This document shows positions 1 to 8,685 of a stretch of DNA of 64,000 nucleotides, piece after piece. The position numbers were made by a program, and so were the translations under genes. The stretch's first letter is position 1, and each line of letters begins with the position of its first letter. The notes beneath the pieces were generated by a model. The model did no database searches, had not been told where the DNA came from, and worked only from the letters and a program-made list of their open reading frames with translations. Origin of the DNA: Chloroflexota bacterium (GTDB lineage Bacteria; Chloroflexota; Anaerolineae; Anaerolineales; Villigracilaceae); the NCBI GenBank assembly GCA_040006635.1, contig JBDTWO010000001.1:25998-89997 (forward strand), given 5' to 3'.

Positions 1-312
1 CGATGAGCTGCCGGGGATTCCCAAAAACCAGGTGAACAAGCCCCAAATAATCGCACCCAGCAGACAAGCTGTAATGGCGGCTAGGTTCAACGCGCCCGAT
101 TGCACAACCTGATTGCCGATCGTATTTGCAACCACCACCCCGAACAAGAACGGACCAAAAAATTCAGCGACCGCCGTGATGCCCAAAGCGATATGCGGCG
201 GAAACGCACGCGAAGAGATCATGGTCGCGACAATGTTGCTAGAATCGCGCATACCATTGAGGAAGTCAAACAACAATGCCAGTGCAATGACGAAGATCAG
301 CTCGCGTGACAT
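1..312 (-). CDS. pit: PiT-family inorganic phosphate transporter, N-terminal part (runs off the window edge; absent from the ORF track)
   Basis: Manual translation from ATG at 312: MSRELIFVIALALLFDFLNGMRDSSNIVATMISSRA...WGLFTWFLGIPGSSS. Matches PiT motifs (FxFxNGxxD, GIPxSSS) and follows a DUF47 gene. Confidence 0.9.
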   Translation of the reverse strand, partial: MSRELIFVIALALLFDFLNGMRDSSNIVATMISSRAFPPHIALGITAVAEFFGPFLFGVVVANTIGNQVVQSGALNLAAITACLLGAIIWGLFTWFLGIPGSSS

Positions 313-315
313 GGA

Positions 316-936
316 TTACATTTTTTTCACGACAACATCAGCGATGACATTGGCAGCTTCATCCCCGCGGTCAGCCGCATTGGAAAGGTGACGATATACT
401 TCGCGCAGCTTCAACATTTCCACAACATGGTGTATGTCTTCGGGACCGCTAAACAGATCAGCCAAGGCTTCGCGATACACACCCTCGACGCGATTCTCCA
501 AAGCCTTGGCGCGTTGGGCATGATCGATCGCCACGTTGGGATGCTTATGCAGACGCAGCACCGCCTGATATAGCTCATACGCTGCGTCTTTTAACAGCGT
601 CGCCATCCTTAACATATAGGGCGTCGGCTTGACGTTGAGCGTCACCATCTCACTGACGGTACTATCGGCATAGTCCACCACGTCGTCGATCGAGCGGGAG
701 AGGGTAAAGATGTCCTCACGATCAAAGGGCGTGACGAAGGACCGATTCAATTCGTCGATGAGGATGCGGCGGACTTCATCCGCTTCTTTTTCTTTAAGCG
801 CCAACTGCTCGGCGATTTCGGGGTCTTGCGTTTCCAGATATTTGACCAACAACCTTAAACCATCATAGGAGATCGAAGCTTGTTCTTCAATCAATTTGTT
901 AAACACTTCTTCGCGCTTCTTGAAAAAACGAAACAT
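316..936 (-). CDS. DUF47 / PhoU-like Pit accessory protein
   Basis: EKEADEVRR, FVTPFDREDI and LSRSIDDVVD motifs; lies directly upstream of pit. Confidence 0.9.
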   Translation of the reverse strand: MFRFFKKREEVFNKLIEEQASISYDGLRLLVKYLETQDPEIAEQLALKEKEADEVRRILIDELNRSFVTPFDREDIFTLSRSIDDVVDYADSTVSEMVTLNVKPTPYMLRMATLLKDAAYELYQAVLRLHKHPNVAIDHAQRAKALENRVEGVYREALADLFSGPEDIHHVVEMLKLREVYRHLSNAADRGDEAANVIADVVVKKM

Positions 937-1076
937 AAGTTACCTCTATCTTTTCAACTGATGCATACTGCAAATCATACCACTTGTAACCAAGACGAAA
1001 TATCCGACAATATGTTATACCCAAAAGCGGGCATTATATGTGCTATAACTGGGCGAATTAATACGAATGAGGTGTT

Positions 1077-2297
1077 ATGAAAGAACCGATACTGATCAGC
1101 ATTTCAGGCATGGACAGACCCGGCATTACGGCTTCGATCACGGCCGTGCTGGCTGAATTCGATGTGAACATATTAGATATTGGACAATCTGTGATCCACG
1201 ATTCACTTTCGCTGGGCATGCTGGTGGAAATCCCTGAACATGTTGAGAATGCCCAACTCGTAAAGGATGCCATCCAAAAAACGATCGGAAGCCTGAGCCT
1301 GACTGTCCGTTTCGTGGACATTGGCTTAGCGAGTTACGAGAACTGGGTGGGACAACAAGGCAAGGCGCGGCATATCGTCACCTTGCTGGCAAGGCGTATT
1401 ACGGCGTATCAGATCAGTCGTTTATCGCGCCTCGTGGCAGAGAATAATTTGAACATCGATAAGATCACGCGTCTCTCCGGCAGAGTCCCGTTGGAAGCGA
1501 TCGGCAGTGACGGACAAGCCTGCGTGGAATTTTCCTTGCGCGGACAGGTCGCGGACCTGCCGACCTTGCGGCGTCAATTCATGGAACTTGCCGATGAAAT
1601 TGACGTGGATATTGCCTATCAGGAAAACAACGTCTATCGCCGCAACCGCCGCCTCGTAGCTTTCGACATGGATTCGACGCTGATCCAGGCTGAGGTGATT
1701 GATGAACTCGCTAAACGCGCCGGGGTCGGCAAGGAAGTATCCGCCATCACTGAACGTGCCATGCGCGGCGAAATGGACTTTAAAGAGAGTCTGTGTCAGC
1801 GTGTGGCACTGCTCAAAGGATTGCCCGAATCAGCTTTGGCTGAGGTGGCAGCGACTCTCAAACTCACGGATGGCGTGGAGCGTTTGATGTCCACATTGAA
1901 AAGACTCGGTTACAAGACCGCCATCCTATCCGGCGGGTTCACCTATTTCGGGCGCGCGCTGCAAAGAAGATTCGGATTCGATTATGTCTTCTCGAATGAT
2001 CTTGAGATCGAAGATGGTATCATCACCGGCAAGCTTGCCTCCGAGATCGTGGACGGTCAACGCAAGGCAGCGCTGTTGGCAAGCATCGCACAACACGAAG
2101 GTTTCTCGCTGGAACAAACCATCGCGGTCGGTGATGGCGCAAACGACTTACCGATGTTGAGCATCGCCGGTTTGGGGATCGCCTTCCGCGCCAAACCGAT
2201 CGTCAAGGAATCGGCGAAGCAATCGTTGAACACACATGGCTTGGATGGGATCTTATACTTGATGGGACTTTCCGAACGCGAAACGAAATCTTCATGA
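1077..2297 (+). CDS. serB: Phosphoserine phosphatase with two N-terminal ACT domains
   Basis: ACT GMDRPGI; HAD motifs FDMDSTL, SGGF, K, GDGANDL. Confidence 0.95.
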   Translation: MKEPILISISGMDRPGITASITAVLAEFDVNILDIGQSVIHDSLSLGMLVEIPEHVENAQLVKDAIQKTIGSLSLTVRFVDIGLASYENWVGQQGKARHIVTLLARRITAYQISRLSRLVAENNLNIDKITRLSGRVPLEAIGSDGQACVEFSLRGQVADLPTLRRQFMELADEIDVDIAYQENNVYRRNRRLVAFDMDSTLIQAEVIDELAKRAGVGKEVSAITERAMRGEMDFKESLCQRVALLKGLPESALAEVAATLKLTDGVERLMSTLKRLGYKTAILSGGFTYFGRALQRRFGFDYVFSNDLEIEDGIITGKLASEIVDGQRKAALLASIAQHEGFSLEQTIAVGDGANDLPMLSIAGLGIAFRAKPIVKESAKQSLNTHGLDGILYLMGLSERETKSS

Positions 2298-2355
2298 CCT
2301 TTGATAGATAGCCAGAACCTGATTCAGTTGTAGAATTTACAAAAAGGAGTACGCC

Positions 2356-2730
2356 ATGAGTGACCAACGCAAAGAAGAACGCCGGAGCCTAAAGGCATTC
2401 ACACCTGTTTATGGTTTACGTCCAAAAATTTTATTGGGTTATATGGAAGACCTGACGCTGCACGGCGCGATGCTGATCGGCGAAAAGCCCGTGGAGACCG
2501 GCAAGCAGCTCACGATCTTGATCGAAATTCCCGGCGCACTGCCCGAATCGACCGTGCCCCGTTTGATGCTCCCGGCGCGCGTGGCGTGGTGCCGATCTGA
2601 AGACAAGCCGAATTATTATGATATCGGACTGGAGTTCTCAGACCTCCAACCTGACGAGATCAAAATGATCGAAGCCATGCTGCGACGGTACGAGTTCCGC
2701 CGCCAGGTGCCCACTCGCAAAGTGGAATAA
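2356..2730 (+). CDS. PilZ domain protein
   Basis: RxxxR (RKEER), DLTLHG variant of DxSxxG, ARVAWC...YDIGLEF. Confidence 0.85.
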   Translation: MSDQRKEERRSLKAFTPVYGLRPKILLGYMEDLTLHGAMLIGEKPVETGKQLTILIEIPGALPESTVPRLMLPARVAWCRSEDKPNYYDIGLEFSDLQPDEIKMIEAMLRRYEFRRQVPTRKVE

Positions 2731-2843
2731 AACCAATCCTGGGGAAATCACAATCTTTATGACATTTGTTATGCAAGCATAGCTGGGTTTGGTTGTAAAA
2801 TACTCCTGCCAAGGGAATCCTTCTCGGTAGGAGAATCTGTTCC

Positions 2844-3122
2844 ATGCCAAAACTACAACGCGACGAAATCCAGACCAGGCTGCAAACAGCAGTTGATTCA
2901 TTTCCTCATAACCAGAATGTGTGCAGCACCTGCGAGTGTTTTCTCGCCTATACTGCCCAACTCCGCATTGACACAGACTCAGCGGATAAAGACCTCTTCA
3001 CCCCCTACAAAATCAACCGCAGCGACATGCATCACTGTCTCGGCTGTGATCCCTGTCCGCCCGGGGATTTGTATGCGGAGGATATGAAGATAAAACAGAA
3101 CTCCACGCTGATTACGCTTTAA
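2844..3122 (+). CDS. Small Cys-rich hypothetical protein (putative metal or Fe-S binding)
   Basis: AGGAG RBS upstream; CSTCEC and HHCLGCDPCPP motifs. Confidence 0.65.
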   Translation: MPKLQRDEIQTRLQTAVDSFPHNQNVCSTCECFLAYTAQLRIDTDSADKDLFTPYKINRSDMHHCLGCDPCPPGDLYAEDMKIKQNSTLITL

Positions 3123-3181
3123 TATCCCTAACCAGAAAATCAACTTATGACAGGGTTATAATTGTGGCAAGGATTAAGACA

Positions 3182-3598
3182 ATGCCTGCGCGAACTCTGA
3201 AGAAAAGCAAGTCTGCTATATTGAAGAAGAAAGTGGGGGAAACACGCTCTGTCTATCAGGTGCGTCCTAAACTCGCGTCTACGCCCCGTCGAAATTTGAT
3301 AGCTCAAAAATGCAAAGCTGTTTTGGCGAATTATTATGGCAAGCGCCTCAAAAACGTGATTCTCTACGGCTCTACCGCGCGTGGACAAGCCAGCCGCACA
3401 AGCGATATTGATCTGCTTATCCTTCTCACTCCTCCCTTGGATTATTTCACGGAATTGCGCCAACTCGTGGATATTCTATACCCTGTTCAACTTGAATCAG
3501 AAAAATTAATCTCAGCAAAGCCTGTATCGGTAAAAGATTTTGAATTAGGAAGTATATCTTTATATCGAAATGCAAAACGGGAAGGGGTAGCCGTATAA
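3182..3598 (+). CDS. Minimal nucleotidyltransferase (MNT antitoxin of the MNT-HEPN type)
   Basis: ILYGSTARG...SDIDLLIL motif; its stop overlaps the next ATG (TAATG). Confidence 0.88.
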   Translation: MPARTLKKSKSAILKKKVGETRSVYQVRPKLASTPRRNLIAQKCKAVLANYYGKRLKNVILYGSTARGQASRTSDIDLLILLTPPLDYFTELRQLVDILYPVQLESEKLISAKPVSVKDFELGSISLYRNAKREGVAV

Positions 3599-3643
3599 TG
3601 ACCCATAACTCTGACGAAATCAACGCCAACATACAACGCGCCC
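3598..3643 (+). pseudogene. 5' remnant of a HEPN toxin gene, truncated by stacked hairpin elements
   Basis: MTHNSDEINANIQRA resembles the first helix of MNT-paired HEPN proteins; the sequence then becomes palindromic repeat. Confidence 0.5.
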
Positions 3644-3753
3644 GCACGACGATAAACCGTCGTGCTACACGTACAAAGTCCGCTCAAAGCGGACTAGCCG
3701 ACTTCAATCGGCTTCGTACCGCGAAGCGTAGCATGGGCGTTCACGTCCGTGCG
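3644..3753. repeat. Stacked-hairpin REP-like element (related copy at 43621-43696)
   Basis: Hairpins GCACGACG/CGTCGTGC, AGTCCGCT/AGCGGACT, AGCCGA/TCGGCT and GCATGGGCG/CGTCCGTGC; 3672-3753 aligns to 43621-43696. Confidence 0.8.
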
Positions 3754-3797
3754 GACAAACGCCAATCACAAATTACTTGGGCAACAAAGAGGCAACC

Positions 3798-6320
3798 ATG
3801 AAAGTCTTCCTCAGCTCCACATACATTGATTTAGTTGAACATCGCAAAGCCGCGCACGAGGCATTGGAACGGCTCGGACAAGAAGTTGGGCGCATGGAAA
3901 TCTTTGGTGCACGCGATGGCGAAGCAACAACTATCGCACTTGACCAACTTGAAAAGAGCGACCTTATCGTTGGGATTTACGCCTATCGTTACGGATTTAT
4001 CCCTGAAGGTGCGGACATTTCCATCACGGAGCAGGAGTACGTTCATGCCAAAAGCAAAGGCAAATCTGTTTTATGTTTTGTTGTAAACGAAGACCACCCT
4101 TGGTCTCCTAAAATGATGGAAAAGGATGCGGGGAAAATCAAAAAGTTGGAAGATTTCAAAGCAAAGATCTTGAAAGAGAAAGTTGTCGACTTTTTTACTA
4201 CTCCTGCCGACTTGGCAATGAAAATCGCTACCTCAGTTCATAATTATCTTGAAGAACACAAACCACTTGTTGATCCTCAACCAGCAATCACCAATCACCT
4301 ATTACCCAAGCCCACAGGTTCCACACTCCCTCACCAGGAATTTTTCTTCGGTCGCGCGGACGAACTCAAAACCATCGCCGCTGCTCTTTCACCAGATACG
4401 CGTGCATGGGGCGCACTCATTGACGGACCTGGCGGCATCGGAAAAACCGCGCTCGCCATCAAAGCCGCGCACGATGCACCTAAAGAACTATTCGAGCGCA
4501 AAATTTTCATCACCGCCAAAGTACGCGAACTGACCGCCGAAGGCGAAGCCAAACTGACCGACTTCACCCGCCCGACCTACCTCGCCATGCTGGACGAACT
4601 GGGCAAGGAATTGGGCACAGACGGACTCGAAAAACTCGCGCCCGATGAGCGTCCCAACGAACTGCGCCTCGCGCTGGCGGGCAAGAAGGCGCTGATCATC
4701 TTCGACAATTTGGAAACCCTGCCCGAAGAAGAACGGACGCGCCTGTTCCAATTCATCTCGCGCCTGCCCGAAGGCAACAAAGCCATCGTCACCTCCCGCC
4801 GACGGGCAGACGTGGACGCGCGCATCGTGCGCCTCGACCGCCTCGCCCGTGACGAAGCCCTGCAACTCATCGCCGAACTTGCTACAAAATATCCGCGCCT
4901 TGCCCGCGCTTCCCAAAAAGAGCGCGAAGACCTGTACGAGATCACGCAGGGCAACCCTCTCTTCATCCGCTGGATTGCGGGGCAGTTGGGGCGCGCAGGC
5001 TCACAATGCCGCACCATCGCCGAAGCCTGCGTCTTCATTGACAAAGCCCCCAAAGGCAACGAACCGCTCGAATACATCTTCGGCGACCTGCTGGAGACCT
5101 TCACCGCCGACGAGACGAAAGTCCTCGCCGCACTGACGTATTTCAGCCTGCCCGCCAAACTCAAGTGGATCGCAGATATGACGACCCTGCCCGAACGCGC
5201 CGCCGAAACCGCGCTCGAAGATTTAACAGATCGCTCGATCCTAATATCGAATATCGAATCTCGAACTTTCTTTTTACCCCCGCTGACAGCGAAATTCATC
5301 CGCACCCGCCGTCCCGAAGCCGTGTCCCAAACAGGCGACGCCCTCACCGACCGCGCCTACGCCCTCGCCATGCAATACGGTGGAAACGACAATTACGAAG
5401 GCTTCCGCACACTGGACGTTGAATGGGATTTCGTCTCCGCTGCCCTGCCGCGCTTACTGATTGGCGACAACGACCGCCTGCAAACGGTGTGCTATCAACT
5501 CTTTCGCTTTCTTTATTTTTCGGGCAGATGGGATGATTTGATATGGCTCAATGAACAAGCTGAAACGCGAGCACTTGCCATCAACGCTAAAGAGCAGGCT
5601 GGCTGGCGGGCAATTCAAGTGGGATGGGCTTTTTTCCTTCGCGACCAACCTGCCGAAGTTCTGGCTTGCGCGGCGCGCGCTACCGAACACTTGCAAGACA
5701 GTTCGCCGCATAACAAAGCAAGTGCCATCCAAATGCGTGGACATGGTCACCTAATAGACGGAGACAATGCTGCCGCCATTGCAGCATATCGCGAAGCATT
5801 GGAAATACACCGTTCTATCTCACCTGAAAGTGACAATGTCGCAATTGTTCTAAACTGGCTAGCTAATGCAGAAAGCAACCACGGAGATTATGATGACGCC
5901 GAGCGCGACTACCGCGAAGCCCTGCGCATTGCGAAGATCATCAAAAACGATGAGAGCACTGCCATTTATACAGGCAACTTGGCAGGACTTGCCCTCGACC
6001 GCGAACAATGGGCAGAAGCCGAGTCCCTTGCCCGCGAAGCCCTCACACTGGCAGAAAAAGTTGGGCGCCAAGAAGAATTTGCTACAGAGAGTCACCGCCT
6101 CGCCAAAGCCCTGCTCGAGCAAAGTAGGTCACGCTTCCAGCGTGACGAACCGCCCGATGAAGAAGAAAAGTCACGTCAAAGACGTGACCTACAGGAAGCC
6201 ACCCTGAGCGAAGCCGAAGGGCTGTCCCGCCGCGCCGTCGAGATTTACACGCGCCTGCGTCATTCCAGTTTGCAGTCAGCGCAGAAAATGCTGGAGGAGA
6301 TCGAGAAAGCAATGAAATAA
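3798..6320 (+). CDS. NLR-like protein: DUF4062 (TIR-like) + STAND/NB-ARC NTPase + wHTH + TPR
   Basis: KVFLSSTYxDL, RYG and TEQEY (DUF4062); Walker A GPGGIGKT, Walker B LIIFDNLE, IVTSR, GNPL; C-terminal TPR-like repeats. Start placed at ATG 3798 after an AGAGG RBS. Confidence 0.85.
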   Translation: MKVFLSSTYIDLVEHRKAAHEALERLGQEVGRMEIFGARDGEATTIALDQLEKSDLIVGIYAYRYGFIPEGADISITEQEYVHAKSKGKSVLCFVVNEDHPWSPKMMEKDAGKIKKLEDFKAKILKEKVVDFFTTPADLAMKIATSVHNYLEEHKPLVDPQPAITNHLLPKPTGSTLPHQEFFFGRADELKTIAAALSPDTRAWGALIDGPGGIGKTALAIKAAHDAPKELFERKIFITAKVRELTAEGEAKLTDFTRPTYLAMLDELGKELGTDGLEKLAPDERPNELRLALAGKKALIIFDNLETLPEEERTRLFQFISRLPEGNKAIVTSRRRADVDARIVRLDRLARDEALQLIAELATKYPRLARASQKEREDLYEITQGNPLFIRWIAGQLGRAGSQCRTIAEACVFIDKAPKGNEPLEYIFGDLLETFTADETKVLAALTYFSLPAKLKWIADMTTLPERAAETALEDLTDRSILISNIESRTFFLPPLTAKFIRTRRPEAVSQTGDALTDRAYALAMQYGGNDNYEGFRTLDVEWDFVSAALPRLLIGDNDRLQTVCYQLFRFLYFSGRWDDLIWLNEQAETRALAINAKEQAGWRAIQVGWAFFLRDQPAEVLACAARATEHLQDSSPHNKASAIQMRGHGHLIDGDNAAAIAAYREALEIHRSISPESDNVAIVLNWLANAESNHGDYDDAERDYREALRIAKIIKNDESTAIYTGNLAGLALDREQWAEAESLAREALTLAEKVGRQEEFATESHRLAKALLEQSRSRFQRDEPPDEEEKSRQRRDLQEATLSEAEGLSRRAVEIYTRLRHSSLQSAQKMLEEIEKAMK
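6124..6221. repeat. Two REP-like elements inside the NLR reading frame
   Basis: 69-bp element GTAGGTCACGC...GACGTGACCTAC (6124-6192) and CCCTGAGCGAAGCCGAAGGG (6202-6221). Confidence 0.75.
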
Positions 6321-6412
6321 TGTCGTTGCGAGGGCGGTGCTCTTCCGCCCGAAGCAATCTCCAAATTAATGGGGGGTTGCTTTGTCGGGCTGTGCCCTCC
6401 TCGCAACGACAT
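6320..6412. repeat. REP element, GTC(A/G)TTGCGAG...CTCGCAA(T/C)GAC family
   Basis: 14-bp terminal inverted repeat ATGTCGTTGCGAGG / CCTCGCAACGACAT with internal GAAGCAATCT; relative at 27798-27879. Confidence 0.85.
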
Positions 6413-6557
6413 CGAATTTCATGACATTTGTTACAGAACGAAAATGGGGATTGGTCGTAAAATTGCCTTGTCATTGGAGACCGAATGGCAACACACAGGG
6501 GCACACGCCAGGCTCGCTACCCAAAATTTGACGCATACTCAAATTCATGGAGAAAAA

Positions 6558-7937
6558 ATGACTACGATCTATCCACCCGAACCGTTTCGTATCAAAGCTG
6601 TTGAATCGATCCGCCTCATTCCGCGTGCAGAGCGCGAAGCCGCACTCCAAGCCGCGGGCTACAATCTCTTCTCCCTCAAAGCCGAAGACATCTTCATCGA
6701 CCTGCTCACCGACTCAGGCACCGGCGCGATGAGTGCCGAGCAATGGGCGGCGATCATGCGCGGCGATGAGTCCTATGCGGGCGCGCGCTCGTATCAGCGC
6801 CTCAAATCCGCGGTGGATGATATTTTCGGTTTCAAATATTTCGTCCCCACGCATCAGGGACGCGCCGCCGAAAACATTTTGTCCGCGTGTCTGGTCAAGG
6901 CCAATCAATGGGTGCCGAGCAACATGCACTTCGACACCACCGATGCCAACATCCGCGCGCGCGGCGGTCGCCCCGCGAACCTGGTCATCGACGAGGCTCA
7001 CGATCCCGCCAATCCGCATCCCTTCAAGGGCAATATGGATATCGCCAAACTCAAAGCCTTCATCGCCATGTACGGGCGTGAGAAAATTCCCTTCGGGATG
7101 ATCACAGTCACAAACAACGCGGGAGGCGGACAGCCCGTCTCGATGGAGAATCTCAAAGCCGTAGCGGATGTCTACCACGCCAGCGGAATCCCATTCTTCA
7201 TCGACGCGGCACGCTACGCCGAAAACTGCTTCTTCATCAAACAGCGTGAACCTGGCTACGAGTCGAAATCTGTCAAAGCGATCGCGCACGAAATGTTCGC
7301 ACTTGCGGACGGTATGTGCATGTCCGCGAAAAAAGATGCCATCGTCAACATCGGCGGCTTGCTGTGTTTGAACGATGAAAAGATTTTTGCCGACATCAAA
7401 AACGAATTGATCCTGCGCGAAGGCTTCCCCACCTACGGCGGACTCGCCGGACGCGATCTCGACGCGATGGCAGTCGGTCTCTACGAAGGCTTGGACGAAG
7501 ACTATCTCGCGTATCGCCTCAACCAAACGTTATATCTCGCCACACGCCTCAACGAAGCCGGCATTCCCACCATCCAACCCACCGGCGGACATGGGGTCTA
7601 TATCATTGCAAATGAGATTCTCCCGCATATCCCCAACTACGAATTCCCTGCCCAGTCACTGGCTGTCGAACTCTATCGCGAAGGAGCGATTCGCGGCTGT
7701 GAGATCGGCTCGGTCATGTTCGCCTGCCTCGACTCTGAAGACAACACCTGGCATTACCCCGCTCTTGAATTACTGCGTCTCGCCATCCCACGCCGCACCT
7801 ACACCCAATCCCACATGGATTATGTTGCCGATACACTCATCAAAATAAAATCGCGTGCCAATGAACTACGCGGCTACAAATTCACATATGCGCCTGAATT
7901 GCTGCGTCATTTCACTGCGCAGTTTGAGCCACTCTAA
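6558..7937 (+). CDS. tnaA: Tryptophanase (beta-eliminating lyase)
   Basis: DLLTDSG, GDESYAG, SAKKD PLP lysine, GFPTYGG. HFDTT and LRHFTA favour tryptophanase over tyrosine phenol-lyase. Start at ATG 6558 with GGAG RBS. Confidence 0.88.
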   Translation: MTTIYPPEPFRIKAVESIRLIPRAEREAALQAAGYNLFSLKAEDIFIDLLTDSGTGAMSAEQWAAIMRGDESYAGARSYQRLKSAVDDIFGFKYFVPTHQGRAAENILSACLVKANQWVPSNMHFDTTDANIRARGGRPANLVIDEAHDPANPHPFKGNMDIAKLKAFIAMYGREKIPFGMITVTNNAGGGQPVSMENLKAVADVYHASGIPFFIDAARYAENCFFIKQREPGYESKSVKAIAHEMFALADGMCMSAKKDAIVNIGGLLCLNDEKIFADIKNELILREGFPTYGGLAGRDLDAMAVGLYEGLDEDYLAYRLNQTLYLATRLNEAGIPTIQPTGGHGVYIIANEILPHIPNYEFPAQSLAVELYREGAIRGCEIGSVMFACLDSEDNTWHYPALELLRLAIPRRTYTQSHMDYVADTLIKIKSRANELRGYKFTYAPELLRHFTAQFEPL

Positions 7938-8022
7938 CCTTCGCCCAGAGCGGAGTGACGAGCGACAGCGAGGAACGCAGTCGAAGGGCAGATAACGAAG
8001 AGCGTTTTCTTCGCAATGACAT
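7938..8022. repeat. Degenerate composite REP element
   Basis: CCTTCG...GAGCGGAG...GCAGTCGAAGG plus a TCGCAATGAC half-site; related to 42724-42836. Confidence 0.6.
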
Positions 8023-8036
8023 AGAATCTGAATGTC

Positions 8037-8097
8037 AAACGACCTTGACTTAATGTCAAGGTCGTTTTATACTACAAGAAGTCAAGTTTACTTTACA
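8037..8097 (+). promoter_or_regulatory. Palindrome and putative XRE operator upstream of the three-gene operon
   Basis: AAACGACCTTGAC-TTAAT-GTCAAGGTCGTTT (8037-8067) and imperfect dyad GTCAAG-TTTA-CTTTAC (8081-8096). Confidence 0.5.
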
Positions 8098-8116
8098 TAA
8101 ATCAAAGGAGAAAATC

Positions 8117-8284
8117 ATGAACAAACTAAACATGGGCACAGCGATTGCTCTCGGAGTTGGGATCGGAGCCGCAATCGGCGTGGCAATTGACAATCTTGGG
8201 GTGGGAATCGGAATTGGTGTGGCGATTGGCACAGCATTCGGTGCAGGCTTGTCAGCCCAAAACAAGAAATCAGACGACGAGTAA
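8117..8284 (+). CDS. 55-aa glycine-zipper membrane peptide (absent from the ORF track)
   Basis: AAGGAG RBS; MNKLNMGTAIALGVGIGAAIGVAIDNLGVGIGIGVAIGTAFGAGLSAQNKKSDDE; stop overlaps the next gene. Confidence 0.8.
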   Translation: MNKLNMGTAIALGVGIGAAIGVAIDNLGVGIGIGVAIGTAFGAGLSAQNKKSDDE

Positions 8285-8685
8285 TGGAGCCTCCCATGAA
8301 TCAACAACAAGTTACGAAACGTTATTTCAAGGAGTTCGGTCTCTCCATGGGAGCGTATGTGATCACGGTGATCGCAAGTTCCCTGGTTCTTACAAAGAAT
8401 GAGTTTTCAAAAACAGTACAGGTCGTGATTGTCCTCACCCCGATCGTCCCCATTATCTTTGTGATCATCGCCATCCTGCGCGCGCTTCGAGACAGCGACG
8501 AACTTATCCAACGGATTCAGCTGCAGGCGGTTGTGTTTTCTGCCATCACAACGGGACTGATCACGTTCACGTACGGCTTCCTTGAAAATATTGGGCTTCC
8601 CCCATTCCCCACCATCTGGGTTCTTCCAATGATGTTCGCACTCTGGGGCATCAGCCTTGGATACTTCAACAAGAGATATCAATGA
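8284..8685 (+). CDS. Four-TM membrane protein typical of XRE-regulated operons
   Basis: Hydrophobic helices, DELIQRIQLQA motif; ATGA overlap with the XRE gene. Confidence 0.8.
   Translation: MEPPMNQQQVTKRYFKEFGLSMGAYVITVIASSLVLTKNEFSKTVQVVIVLTPIVPIIFVIIAILRALRDSDELIQRIQLQAVVFSAITTGLITFTYGFLENIGLPPFPTIWVLPMMFALWGISLGYFNKRYQ

Noticed and set aside
230-270. PiT signature variant NGMRD instead of NGFHD
   Set aside because: The essential Asp is retained; cannot be judged unusual without an alignment.
6369-6557. Long N-terminal extensions from the ORF track (tnaA 6369, AKR 25455, PPIase 19098, YigZ 43601, DUF3592 27023)
   Set aside because: They run through REP or promoter DNA; downstream starts have RBSs or fit family lengths.
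4577-7526. Long antisense ORFs (4577-5347, 6714-7526) and similar ones at 46689-47726 and 62056-62997
   Set aside because: Shadows of GC3-biased real genes on the opposite strand; no recognisable motifs.
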